A stretch of DNA of 61,809 nucleotides, counting the filler, from Diploschistes diacapsis (lineage: Eukaryota), in assembly GCA_023645945.1 (NCBI GenBank). It is 10 parts of 10 records of this genome, joined end to end, with 100 filler letters (N's around TTAATTAATTAA, not from the genome) between each part and the next. Parts side by side here need not be neighbours in the genome. Positions count along the whole stretch, not along the records: positions 1 to 26,339 come from JALAIB010000183.1; positions 26,440 to 30,292 come from JALAIB010001834.1; positions 30,393 to 34,244 come from JALAIB010001835.1; positions 34,345 to 38,195 come from JALAIB010001836.1; 6 more parts are not named here. One strand, given 5' to 3'. Shown in pieces: positions 25,524 to 37,451 of this stretch. The notes beneath the pieces were generated by a model, which was not told the origin of the DNA, ran no database searches, and saw only the letters and a list, made by a program, of their open reading frames with translations. Each line of letters begins with the position of its first letter. Position 1 is the first letter of the stretch. The translations under genes were made by a program, and so were the position numbers.

Positions 25524-26473
25524 ATTGTTTGAACTAATAGCCAAGAAGAGGAGAAGGAGATTCGAAAAATAGGCAGAGATGGTAAAGACGAGATATTCAG
25601 AGTGTTGAACATAAGAAACGGTTGTAGTGGGACCACGACGAGCACCGACCACTTGTCACGTTTACCTTGACTGTGTTCCTCGACCGCAATCCTGGGCTTC
25701 ACCTTGTCCATTTGAACGACATGATGGGGAGCAGCCGCAGGGCTAACGCGTGACATAGGCAACTGCCAGATAGAGAGGCCACCGGTCGGAGCTCCGATAT
25801 GACAATACTTCTCTAACGAGGTGAAGTAGCCTTGACGATCTGCGGAGAGAAGTGATGTCTCGGAGTCTCCACCAATAGGGGTATCATTGTCTCGCTTCAT
25901 AAGGTGCGGTGGGGGAAACCTCTGTTCACGGTCATCTGTACAAGTAACCCACTGCAACTGAACACGCCGTGGCTTTTTCGGATCGGGTCGCTGGCCGACT
26001 GCAAAAGGTCATTTATCTCGTACGGTGCTCGCACCACTGCCTCTAATACGAAACAAGCCTAAGCACGCGTTAGATGTTGGGGTGACAAATGTCGTGAGTG
26101 TGAGCGATGTACAGTGTAAGGGAAATACATTGTGACTTGAAGGAGTGGCCCCCCTTCAACTCCAGCCCCCGCCAACGAATGATGATACCGAGTCCGCCCT
26201 GAGTAAACACCATTTGCCACCTGCAACTCCAACTCAAACCACCACAATCTCCGCCACCCGAAATCTCCAACATCAAGAACACCCCCAGCGTAACCCAAAT
26301 GTCCTCTACAACCACCCCCCGACCCACACCCACCTCCTCNNNNNNNNNNNNNNNNNNNNNNNNNNNNNNNNNNNNNNNNNNNNTTAATTAATTAANNNNN
26401 NNNNNNNNNNNNNNNNNNNNNNNNNNNNNNNNNNNNNNNCCCCATTGGCTTAGTAGTTAATAGTTATCCCTTT

Positions 26474-26520
26474 CCATCCTTCATCCATCCCATCCATCCA
26501 TCCATCCATCCATCCATCCC
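26474..26520. repeat. (CCAT)n microsatellite
   Basis: Imperfect run of CCAT units near the start of the contig. Confidence 0.8.
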
Positions 26521-29500
26521 CGTCCAACCACTACCTTCTTCGAAGTACAAAGCAAAAACCTGCCTGGTGAAGTTGTTTCCTGAAACAACGGGCGCACCAC
26601 CTGCTAGCCTGTCGCTCTAACCTGAAAGGCCGAGAAAAACGTGGGGACGCTACGACATGTGGGAAGGTATACTTTGTTACAAGGTGCGGAGTACGTAGAA
26701 AGTGCACAGAAGAAAGTGTAACTACCACCAGACGGCTACTTAGAGGGTACCCTTTCAGACGAAATGTAGCTCCCGCAGTCTGTCCGCGGGACCCCCGAAA
26801 AGTGAAGTTGAAAGGAATCCCGGATGTCGAGGACAATGAGCGACGACGGCTCTTGGCGTTTGCTCATCATCTTTAACCGGTATGGATTAGCGCGAGGCAT
26901 GGGGCTTCCAGGTTCGAGGCGCCGAGACGATCCCCGGACACGTTGAGTTTGCGCAAGACCCAAAGCTGCTAAAAGCTTACTCATGTCTTAAAGCCTGCTC
27001 CGACCCCGTTCTCGGAACGTGAGCCATTCTTCAACCTTGCTGCTCGGCAAAAGCCAAATCGAGCCGTTGGCCATTCGTGGCACTCTCCAGGAGCTGCACC
27101 CCTCCTATAGAGCGTCCATTTATTTCAAGAGCTTCGTCTGCTCTGGCCAATGGTGACGGCAGAACCTAGTCTACCACAACTTGCCCCAGACTTGATGGCT
27201 GAGATGGCGAGGGGCTTGTTGAATTTCATATCCATATCCCGTAATAGAATGACTGCTGAGTCTGGAATGTGCGCCTCGACAAGATTCAGGCCGATGGGAC
27301 ATTCCGAGATGCGCAGATGACCAGGTTGGTGGGAAAACCAAAAGGGCGAGCTTGGCAGATTTTGAAACGTGGCAGTGCACGCTCACTGCAGAGAGAACTG
27401 GTATGTGATCGTCATCCTGCCTTAGGAATGCGCATACGTTATTGACCGACAAGCCCGGGTACTGGGACTTCTCGGAGGGATCCCCGGGAGAGGGGACATG
27501 GAAGCAGCGGAGTGCGGCCGGGCGGATCAATAATGCCAGTAACGGGGGCCCCCTGTGCCCAAGTGCTCAGCAGAGCAGCAGTGCAGTTAGTTACATGGGG
27601 AGGGGGGCTGATCAGTGCTGGATTCGCGCGAGTCTCCCACGTGGTTTTTTTTCCAAGGGGGGGAAAACACACGTGTATTGTATGTATTGTATTGGCAGCA
27701 AAAAAATGTCGAGTGAGCGCTAAATCGACCAGGCTTAAGGCTGAAATGGGTGCTAAATCTGAATCCCGCTTCTACAGCCTGCCTTCGGAATCGTCTAGTC
27801 CGATTCAGGAGTAGCGTTGGTCTTGGGACATATCGTGATGAATATTACAGCCACTCCCATGCGGAACGAAATATTACGCAATAGTTTTCGTAACGTACTT
27901 TTGTTTTCATGCAACGGCCTCGTACCCAATTGCCAACTTCCCGACCGAGCAAGAGACGGGCTCACAAAATTCAATCTCCTATTATGCATCTGCTGATGTA
28001 AGGCGCCAGCCGAGCAGCAGATTCCCCTCCCTACCAGCTGGGACAATAGGTTTTAGGCTTCAGAGGAGGAGCTGAATTGAAGCCTCACTTGGTATTTCCT
28101 TGAAAGTGCTTTGTGGTGGCTGCAGAGCGAGTGGCAACCTTTAGCAGGGGACAATTGTCTCGCAAAGGTGGTCGGAGCCCCAAAACGCTGAGGGGGAGCA
28201 TCTCGAACCCAAAGGAGCATATGCTGACATACATGACCAGCCTTGCCAGGCAAAAAGAAGGGTGATCATCCCACGGGTACGGTAGGAGACCTGACAATTA
28301 TCATTCTTGCTTGATACTGGTTAACAGAAAAAGCCCGCGATTGCGCTCAAGACACAAAAGACGGCTTGGTTAATCGGTTGGGATCCCCCTTACCTTCATC
28401 GTCATTTATCACGTCAAGGAAGCGCCCGCAACCACTGAGAAGCATTAGGGTCAGTTCATGCATGCTGATGCTGCAAGTAATGGAATGCGTGTCTCCCATC
28501 CCCGACTTTCTAGTGCTCACCATCCGTGCTGACTGCCATTATCATCATCGTCACGTCGCTGGATACTGAGCTGCTCTTTTTGAATGGCCAGCGAACTCAG
28601 CAACGACTGGTCAGGCGTTCTGATCCCGCATGTTGTGCGACTTGTTAAGCGAGTACGGCTGAGCGCTTCATCGTTCGGTGTCCACTAGAGAGGCACTGTG
28701 GGGGGGTGGACAGCACAGCTGATATGCACCGACGGGTAGGGTTGTAACAAAAAGTGCTTGCAGCTGGAATCAGTAGAAAATAGCCAACCATATGAAAGCT
28801 GAAGCACACGACGATCCCCGCCTTATGCGAGTTCGCTGAGCTCGCATCAAAAAGCACGGATAAGCCGTCGTGCAGATTCTCCCGTGGGTGGGATTGCGAA
28901 TGCTTGCAGGCACAACTCGACGCTACATGCTTTAGGATATTGTCAAATAGTCAAAATAAACCAATTCTGAAATGCGATGCGAGGTGTCCAAAGGGCTATG
29001 TATAATTTAATTTAATCGGATGGGAAGGGTGGGAAGGAAAGAAAAAGAATTGCGTGGGCTTACAACAGGTGGATAGTAAGCACAACAGCTGACGCCACGG
29101 CTGCCTGCCCGCTCGCCGCCCCGCCGCGCCCAATTGGAGCTTCAAGCGCTCTCTCTACGGCGAAGTTGTGTCGAAGAAGCCACGGCACCGGCCAAGCAAA
29201 AGCGTTGCGAGCTTTGTAATGCTATGGTAAGGTGATCAAAAAGAAATGCAACGTCGGGTCTGCAAAAGACTCTGATGCTCTGAACGCAAATTTCCAAAGC
29301 CCTCATTTTTTTAATTATTCATTATGGCGGGCCACAATGATGGTTGCACGCACGCAGGGCCTCCTCCCCCCCCCTTCCTAATCCATAACCCGTGCAAGGT
29401 AGATTAGATACCCTGTTCCCTCAAGCTCGCGCGGAGCGAGAGATACAAGGTTACTGCACGGCAACACTCGATGTGAGCTATAAAAAGATGTTTATTTTCG

Positions 29501-30392
29501 GAAGGACACCCTTTCTTTTTTCTCCCATTGCCCTAGATACTTGGTTGCTGCTTTATCCCCGTGGGCGTGGGCGTCGGGGGATTATGACGCCCCGACTCCC
29601 CGGACCAGTTTAGCAGGAGTTAAATCCGACTAAGCGCTACCTCAACAACAATCTCTGCAAACGGGATGTGTGACTAGTGAGCCAGTCACGCTGCCACGCT
29701 CCAAAGGGACGTGCCTTTATTGTGCTGGCCGTACGTGCGTACGTGCATAGAACGTTCCTCCGGCATGTTTTGCAACGGTTCGACTACTTCTGGGAATGAT
29801 GAGAAACAGAGACGAAACCTTTGCTAAGTGTTGGGCTGGCTGGCGGCGGTACAATATAACCAGCCCACCAGGGGGAGGAAGAGAAACTTCGATGCGCTGA
29901 GGTGAATAATCAGGTGTTGGAACGTATGTAAGTTATGTAAGCACGAATTTCATCCCAATTCCCCCCGTCCAGAGTCCTCGTAACATTTTCCCGCCAAGGA
30001 TAATGGATAGCCCACGAAAAAAGCTCGAGCAAAGAGCCCGGAATACCGGAGGGGGAGATTGCTTCCAACGAGACCTACGGCCCCCCAAGAGAGGGCAAAT
30101 GAAAACCAGTGTTGAGACACATAATTAATATCCCACGGAGCCGGTAAGCTACGATGCGCAACAGAGATGGTTCAAGTCGAGATGATGATGTTTGTAGTGG
30201 GTTAATGATCAGTCGCAATGATTACTGCATTGGAACGGGAGCCCTGATGCAGCTACTTATGGAGAGATACTATAATCTAATAGTAGTAGCATNNNNNNNN
30301 NNNNNNNNNNNNNNNNNNNNNNNNNNNNNNNNNNNNTTAATTAATTAANNNNNNNNNNNNNNNNNNNNNNNNNNNNNNNNNNNNNNNNNNNN

Positions 30393-30974
30393 GCCGCTAA
30401 ATAGATCCTTTAATGTTCATAATTTTTAAAAGATATTAATTATTTAGACATTATAGGACTTTTTTTATTTATTATTAGCTTATTTTGTGATAATAATGAT
30501 TCTCTAAATCTAATTAAACACATAAAAATCAACGACCGTTTATAGCATGTCGATATTATTTATTATCACGTCCGGGATCTTGTTAAACAAAAACGCCTTA
30601 AAATATCTTGTATTTCTATCGATAAAATGAATAGTAATGGATTCACGAAGCTATTAGATTATTCGAAGTATAATATTTTTTTAAAGGGACTTAGTTTAGT
30701 TTAGAAGGTATTTAATTTAATTATATAGATATGCTGAATGATTCCGTCTTTAAGGAAGTGTTGAGTAGATAAAAGGAAGGTATAGCTGTGAACCCGATTG
30801 AATTTTAGGCTAAGGTTCAGCTCAGCTGAACCTGCTGGTTGAATTTAGTTGAATTTACTAGAATTCTGACTAGACCGATTCGGGAGTAGTATAATGCACG
30901 GCTTAGCGGATCCCGTAGGGATAAAAGTCTGCAAAGTAGGATAACCTCCTAGATAAGACATCTAGACTTCAATA
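30393..30974 (+). mobile_element. RIP-mutated 3' end of a Ty1/Copia retrotransposon: RNase H, PPT and 3' LTR (30759-30974)
   Basis: Degenerate translation CDNN...HVDIIYYHVRDLVKQKRL..I.IS.D.MNSNGFTKLL matches the Copia RNase H KHID..YH..RD / ADGFTKPL motifs. AAGGAAG precedes TGTTG...CAATA. Confidence 0.85.
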
Positions 30975-31624
30975 TATCTATTACGTTGCTAAACAAAATT
31001 TTCACCCCCGCAATAGGACTAATTCAGATCCTATCTCGCTAACCCAACTAAGCCATTTAACTTATAAAGACGTGTCAGAGTATTAACCTAAATAAATTAG
31101 TCTGTCGAACTAATTAGCCACTAATGAAACCCTAAAGGTTCGAAAAACCTTCAAAACACATCACCAATCGTACTAAGCATAATGAAAGTTCCTACTAATA
31201 ATCAAATACTACCAAAAAGAACTTCAGATAATCTAATAATATTTAAACCGTAAATCGAAAAAATTGTAAATAATGAGATCAACTATTATAAATCAAAATA
31301 ATGTTGGATTACAAATACAACATGTATGAGAAATTAATAAGTCATTAATTACTAATACTAATTAAATAAAATGTGTATATAAAGGACCCCCCACCTCGCA
31401 TCTTTATTAGCGCTATCTTCACCTTCATGACATTTTTTACCTTTTATAGTAATGATATATTATTATTGTATTACTGCAAGCATATTAGCATTTATTTCAT
31501 TACCATCATTTCCTAATAAGAGATCAATACTTGCACCCTTTATAACAATTTTTTAACCTTTTTTGCGAACGTAGTTGAAATTTTGTTTGCGGGCGTTGAA
31601 TATTAAATATTGAAACAGGATTTA

Positions 31625-31764
31625 GCCGCTTTAGGATTAGGCCAGGTTATAAAGCCTGGAACAAAGAATACTCGGTGTAAAAATAGTAGGTATTGAACCC
31701 ATGACCTTTTCGATAAACGTTGAAGGTCTTGTAGCAGTCGCCTTCATCATTCGACCATACTGCC
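31625..31764 (-). repeat. tRNA-headed SINE-like repeat, copy 2 (RIP-mutated)
   Basis: Minus strand reads GGCAGTA-TGGTCGAATGATGAAGGCG...ATGGGTTCAATACCTAC. The tail is shared with 2378-2435. Confidence 0.6.
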
Positions 31765-32839
31765 TTATTTAAAATATCATCCTTTTATTTAAATAATTTC
31801 TTCTTTAACTTTTCGAATCGAAACCTTCTATCTTAGAAATGCATGATGTGTAATCCTTCCAGACCAGGCCAGCCCCTAGTAGTATAATATCTTTTCCTAT
31901 ACTAGCGTTTCAAATCTTCCACAAATGTTGGATTTCTAATTTAATATTATTTAGGCCTATAATTTACTATAATAATAGACTTAATTATGCAGTGTTGAAA
32001 GTGGAAGTGGGGTGACTAAATAGACAGTGATAACTAGTGAAATAGGTAGCTTGGATATAACAATAATGCATTATTATTGTAGGAGGTAGAGAATGAAGAT
32101 GAAGATAAATGGATGGAGATGAAGATTAGAGCTATAGATGGTGGGAGATGAAAGATCTTTTGTAGATACTTTCACCTGATTAATCTGTCGATAATTCGTC
32201 GTTAATATCAAGGTTAATCGAGTTAATAAGACCATCAGCGTCTTTCAATCACTATATTATTTAATTTATGCGATAGTGGTAGTTTGACTTTTCTTCTTTA
32301 TAATAAGTTTAGTTAATAAAGATACATTCTCACGCGGGCTTTATTACTTTATATACATGAATTATTATCGCTCGTTATATAAACATTATTATCAATTTTT
32401 TTTGAAGAAACTAAAAATACTTAACCCCCTAAATTAAATTAAACTAAGAAATATCACGACGTGATATTTATTTAAATTAAAATAATAGACTTACGAAAAA
32501 TAGCTCGCTAAAACTGAACCCGATATTGAATTTAACCAGAAGATTCCTAAGAAGATTTTTATTAAAAAACTTCGAATAACGAATCGAAACTGAACGATAA
32601 ACCTAAATTACACGAATTAAATTAAGATAACGATTCTCGACGCATAAGAATCATTGATCGACCTACTAAATCAAAACGATAGCACAAAATAAATACTCGA
32701 ATAAATAAATATTACCGGATATACCAAGACGGTTATCGCGAAGCAAGTATTTGACTAAATAATACTAAAGAATGCCGAGCTCGCAGAAGCTCGTGGAATA
32801 AAGGAGGGTTTTACGACAATAGAATCCGAGAATAAACGA

Positions 32840-33720
32840 TTAGTAAAGATGCTTAACCCAGCGATATTAATTTATGGAAAAGATTCTAGATTTTTAACCT
32901 AATAAACAAAAATGCTGGATAAGTTAGAAATTTATAAAGATTATTATAAAATTTAATCGATTAAGTTGGTTTATATCTTGAACCGAATTTGTAACAGCGG
33001 GGGTAGTGCCTAATAGGTAGCGCTATCCCACTGAGCCAAAATACTGAACATAATGCTTTCAGTAACCCCGAAAGCATTGTTTCCCTATTACGCTATATGT
33101 AGGTGCGTGGCTGTGGCAGCAGGGAGACCTGAACCCCGGTGCGTACACTGCGGGTGTTACAGAATTGGCGTAAAAGTCAAAGAATAGTTATCGGTAGCAA
33201 AATAAAATAATTAAATTATTAGCCCGATTAAAGCTTTCGAATTATTAAAAAGTATTTACGTTATTTTAAATTAATATCGCATTAATCGGAATCAATTTGA
33301 AAATTAAAGACAACGTGGAAAATTAAGTTCATCGACTTTATAGGAACTTTCCGAAGATTGATAATATCGAATAAGATCCCGAAAACTATATAAATAAATA
33401 AATTACACCGAATGATTTTATAAGAATTAAGATTATAAAAAAGATCGTACGGATATCTCAATCCGACCTTTAAAAAGCACGTAAGCAAAAAAAATTTCTT
33501 AGCTCGAGAATAACAATAGATTTATAAAGAAAAGCGAGAAAAAAAGAAACCGGCGGTTATAAAAGTATCGTTAACGAAAACGTCCGAATACGTTAAAAAG
33601 ATTAGAATAACCACCGCGATCATGAAGCCGGAATATATAAATCCGAAAAAACGGAAACTGAATTTGAAAAACAGATGCTTTAAATATAAACAAACAAGAT
33701 ACATGATAAGAAACAATTTA
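32840..33720 (+). pseudogene. RIP-mutated LTR-retrotransposon gag (probably Ty3/Gypsy) with a CCHC knuckle
   Basis: Degenerate GKD.RF....KMLDKL...KLVYILNRIG, then RCFK(Y)KQT(R)(Y)M at about 33670-33706, a knuckle with RIP-type Cys->Tyr and His->Tyr changes. Interrupted by the solo LTR. Confidence 0.65.
32990..33161 (-). mobile_element. Solo LTR (172 bp) of the TRIM family with 5-bp TSD GAATT
   Basis: GAATT-TGTAAC...GTTACA-GAATT, closely similar to 1834-2005. Confidence 0.92.
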
Positions 33721-33832
33721 TAAAAAGAAATCACAGCGAACGTGACGAATTGGACACGTCGTTGTCACAACATCGACGCATCGTTGACGTGTTTTGACAC
33801 GAGACCATTATTATATTTAAACTCGTTAATGA

Positions 33833-33975
33833 CACAACATCACGAAAGGTTTTTCAAGCAATATTTTTTTTCTGGCGAAAGTGCCTGTGTCGCGGGTTTC
33901 GCCCATTTCGTCAGCTTTCGCCAACTTCGCGGATTTCGCGGTGTTTCGCCGCCAAAAACTTTTCGTGATGTAGTG
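33833..33975. mobile_element. 143-bp MITE-like element with CACTA-type TIRs
   Basis: Left CACAACATCACGAAAGGTTTTT versus reverse complement of the right end CACTACATCACGAAAAGTTTTT. Internal TT(T)CGC repeats. No clear TSD. Confidence 0.55.
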
Positions 33976-34344
33976 GTAGTTTGACTTTTCTTCTTCACAG
34001 TAGTTTTAGCTAAAAAGATATATTCTCGCCCGGGCTTTGCTGCTTTGTATATGTGATTATTATCGCTCGTTACAGCGAACGTCGTTTATATAAAGAAACT
34101 CGAAATTGAAAAAAAATAATCTTAAAAAAAGACTTTCTTTAAGATTTATAAAAAAATATGCTTGCTGTAATAGGACAGTTTCAGATGAACGATATAATCA
34201 AAAAAACACTTAATAACTCTATGTCATATTACCAAAGATGGAATNNNNNNNNNNNNNNNNNNNNNNNNNNNNNNNNNNNNNNNNNNNNTTAATTAATTAA
34301 NNNNNNNNNNNNNNNNNNNNNNNNNNNNNNNNNNNNNNNNNNNN

Positions 34345-34716
34345 CATTATAATGTAGATGCGCTAGATAGTTTTAAGCGAGCTTTTGAGCCCCACAACCA
34401 CACATAAAATTATTTGTACGAAAGGTGAAAATGTTAAGAAATATATTACGAAGGTGCAGGGATTGTAACCCGCTTTGTGGTGTAACCCGTTATGTGGTGA
34501 AACACGTTAGTAGATCTCTGCTGCTGACAAAGCAGGCGTGGTCGTCGGGATGTAGATCATGTAACGTGTTTCACCACGAAACGGAACACAATCCCTGCAC
34601 CTTCGTAAAGTGTATTTCTTAAAGGCCGAAGAACGGGGTAGTATGATTGAGAACAGATTTAACTTCGTACAAATATGGAAGCGCTTGATCTAACGCAATT
34701 ACATTATAATGTAGTG
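34345..34716. mobile_element. Foldback element with long imperfect inverted arms and a CACTA terminus
   Basis: Arms of about 34345-34510 and 34562-34716 pair through CATTATAATGTA, ATTTGTACGAA, TACGAAGGTGCAGGGATTG (perfect 19 bp) and GTGGTGAAACACGTTA. The right end is ...ATGTAGTG; the left end is clipped by the contig start. Confidence 0.75.
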
Positions 34717-34941
34717 ATCCGTTTCGTGGTGTGTTCCGTTTCGTGGTGAAACACGTTAGTTTGGGGGATGTACATGGATCGTGACTTCGCAAAATACAGT
34801 GGTATATTGTATGAATCTATGTTTTTACATTGTTAGTAGCCCGATAACCCCAAGCCTCGCCCTTATAGAAATGTTTTACACTCTACACTCTGCATGCTAA
34901 TTTGCTCTTCTAGCTTCCGTACTCGAATATCAGCAAAGGAC

Positions 34942-36780
34942 TCATATTCGCCATGCTGATGGCCCTGCACCAGGAAAGCCTTGCTGGCCTCTGTCTTGCG
35001 TGTATCTCTGCGAACCCCGCATGCTATCGTATGGCCCTCCATGGCCTTGCCCTTGACCTTGACCTCGCCCTTGTTGCGAGTGTTGTAAGAGCTCTTGCTG
35101 CTCAGGAGGTACGTAGCCCGGCCGCCGATGGGGTGGCACATATGCTTGGGGCACTCTAAACCCCATCACCGGTGGCCCAGCTATATTCTGAGGCGCTCCA
35201 AACCCCATCCTCGGTGGCCCACTTGTGTTCTTAGGAGGCAGGTACAGATCCCTTGGTAGAGGGGCACGGGGATGCAAAGGCTGACGAGAAGGACCGATGT
35301 TAGGAGCTGGGCCCCCGAACCCCAACGTATCATATGACGGAGGAGGCTCGATAGGGGTCGCTGATGCTGAGCTGCCAAGTGAAGGTGCAGGTGTCGGCAA
35401 CAGAGTATGCAGAGACGACACCCCAGCGTAGCCACTTGGGCCCGGAGGCGAGTAGAAACCAGCATCGAGGTACTCTCTAGCTCTTCTATTGCTTTGCTGT
35501 TGCTGGCCAACAGCTTGTGCCAGGTACCTCGACCTCTCCGTCTGGTACCTATCGATCAGCGTTTGCTTGCTCTCTAGCTCCTTCCGTAACGCTTCCATCT
35601 CTACCATCAGCTCTCTATTCTGCTTCTCCCTCTTCATGGACCATTTATAGGTCTTAGCCGCTTTGGCTCCCAAGCTGTCCACCGCTTTGAACATCCTTAT
35701 CCGCTCTTGTTGCGACCTTGCTGGCGACTTTCTTTGGGTTGGCATCTTTAAGCCCAGTTGTAATTGGCCGCTCACGTAGCTGACCATTTGAAGCTTTATC
35801 TGCTCGTACTTCGCTTCCTCTTTCTCCTTTCTGTCCCGAAGCTTATCTTGCTTCTTGTCATGCTCCTTCTTCGCTTCCTCTTGCGCTTGGGCAATCTCTT
35901 TCTTGAGTTTCGAATGATCTTCGATCTCATCCCTTGCCGACCAGGTCTCCGGGTCGTTGAATTCGAATGTATGCCGTTCCGTTTTAAACCATCTTCCAAC
36001 CAACGTCTCTATTATCCCGATGATCATGATCCTCTCCTGTTGTAGGGACCTATCTATCACGTTTGGAACATCCGCAAGATCGCTATGTAGAGTTGCCGCC
36101 AGCTTGTTAAAGTGTCCAGCTGCTAGCATATTATCGAGGTCCCTGTGCATCATTTGGTTGCGTTTGCCGTAGTTGATTACTGCCCAGACGCATTGCTCAA
36201 CGTCCAGACCGGCATCTTTAGCCGCTCTTTCTACAGCGTAGAGCTCGGGAAACTGCGCCGTTAGCATTCCAGTAGGCATCCAACGGTTCTGCTTCCTCTT
36301 CTGTGCTTGGGCTTGGACCTTTTCCCCGATATCGGTCCACCTATTGCGAGCACCAATGCGTTCGTGACCAGGGTTCTGGTTAGCTTCCGAGGTGATACGG
36401 AGATCATGACATATGCGCGCCAGATAATCTCCATACCGAGCATACATATGCTCTTTTCGGGCCGTCGCAAGGTCTTGGGTTTGTTCATACTTGTCGTCCG
36501 TCGGCAGAGCTTTTAACCACAATCTATCGTTCAAAGCCGCTTCATAATCTCTGATTTCACGCACCAGAGCTAAACGATTAGTTCCCTTAAAGCCATTCTC
36601 AGAAGCCGACAGCCAAGCATCGCAAGCACTACGATATACGGTCAGAAAGGTTTCTGTGATAGGAGTCACCTTGCGCGTCGTGGATCTCAACCTCTCCTCG
36701 GCATAGGCACGAGCATGACAGACCCTCTCCAGATTGTAGGCCTCATGAACCACCTCTGGTATCGGTATTGGCAGTTCCAT
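34942..36780 (-). CDS. Intronless hypothetical protein (~612 aa): helical-looking N-domain with an RNxxxH (HEPN-like) motif, coiled coil, Pro/Gly/Gln-rich tail
   Basis: Uninterrupted ORF from ATG 36780. YGKRNQMMH at 36145-36171. E/K-rich coiled coil. TATAAAA on the minus strand at about 36923-36929. Confidence 0.8.
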   Translation of the reverse strand: MELPIPIPEVVHEAYNLERVCHARAYAEERLRSTTRKVTPITETFLTVYRSACDAWLSASENGFKGTNRLALVREIRDYEAALNDRLWLKALPTDDKYEQTQDLATARKEHMYARYGDYLARICHDLRITSEANQNPGHERIGARNRWTDIGEKVQAQAQKRKQNRWMPTGMLTAQFPELYAVERAAKDAGLDVEQCVWAVINYGKRNQMMHRDLDNMLAAGHFNKLAATLHSDLADVPNVIDRSLQQERIMIIGIIETLVGRWFKTERHTFEFNDPETWSARDEIEDHSKLKKEIAQAQEEAKKEHDKKQDKLRDRKEKEEAKYEQIKLQMVSYVSGQLQLGLKMPTQRKSPARSQQERIRMFKAVDSLGAKAAKTYKWSMKREKQNRELMVEMEALRKELESKQTLIDRYQTERSRYLAQAVGQQQQSNRRAREYLDAGFYSPPGPSGYAGVSSLHTLLPTPAPSLGSSASATPIEPPPSYDTLGFGGPAPNIGPSRQPLHPRAPLPRDLYLPPKNTSGPPRMGFGAPQNIAGPPVMGFRVPQAYVPPHRRPGYVPPEQQELLQHSQQGRGQGQGQGHGGPYDSMRGSQRYTQDRGQQGFPGAGPSAWRI

Positions 36781-37000
36781 CGTTTGTGCAAGAGATCTTA
36801 AGGCTAGAGATTGTCTAAGAAGTGCTTCAGCACACACACTCTCTATCTGTTATGTTAACAAGTCTCGACGTAAAGAAAAAGGAGAGATGAAAGGTTGGAA
36901 AACTGGAATGGAGGTTTTATCCTTTTATAAAGTTCTGTGAGTCACATAGCAAACAGTTGTTCTATCGAACAGTCAGCTCTAGTCCGTATTCACATCTTCA

Positions 37001-37328
37001 ATGTTTTCTTGCTATCCGGCCTATAATGGTTCACCCGGTCTTGTCCATAGGTTTGATGTATCAGACGTGCAAGAGCCTTTTCGGAGGCTTGTTAGTCAGC
37101 GTCTTCTCAACAGAGCGATGGAACAAGTCAAGATCTCCTTCCATCTGCAGGCCATCTGTCCGTGCCAGGTCCGGTTCAATCCCCTTAAAGATAACCAATG
37201 AGACGGATCAGATTCCAAACATGGACCAGTTCGCCAATGACATTGGAGGATGTCCAGGCCGTTTTGACTTCTTTGAGCCCCGGTGCCGACGTCTTCGGAG
37301 GAGAGACACTGTTGCTGGGCATCTTTGA
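37001..37328 (+). CDS. Putative 94-aa small protein, 2 exons
   Basis: Exon 37001-37168, a 43-bp GT..CAG intron (37169-37211) and exon 37212-37328 join in frame. TATAAA lies about 75 bp upstream. Donor and branch site are weak. Confidence 0.4.
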
Positions 37329-37451
37329 CACACGTACGCAAATTTATATAAAATGGACCGTCCCCGCATGCCGTCACGTTGGCTGACACCAGGCGGCGCA
37401 TCTCGTCAAACCCATCGCAAGCTGCCGTGAAGATTTACAACATCTCCCGAA

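Noticed and set aside
26059..26339. 3' end of a minus-strand gene at the contig end
   Set aside because: Two frames are open in low-complexity G-rich sequence and neither can be supported.
26384..26395. Recurring TTAATTAATTAA motif
   Set aside because: Synthetic six-frame stop linker, not biological.
26440..30292. Short ORFs in contig 2
   Set aside because: No motifs or spliceable model; it looks like a long intergenic or regulatory region.
34449..34605. Separate Tc1/mariner MITE with a TA TSD
   Set aside because: The inverted symmetry continues outward past the TA, so this is the core of the larger foldback element.
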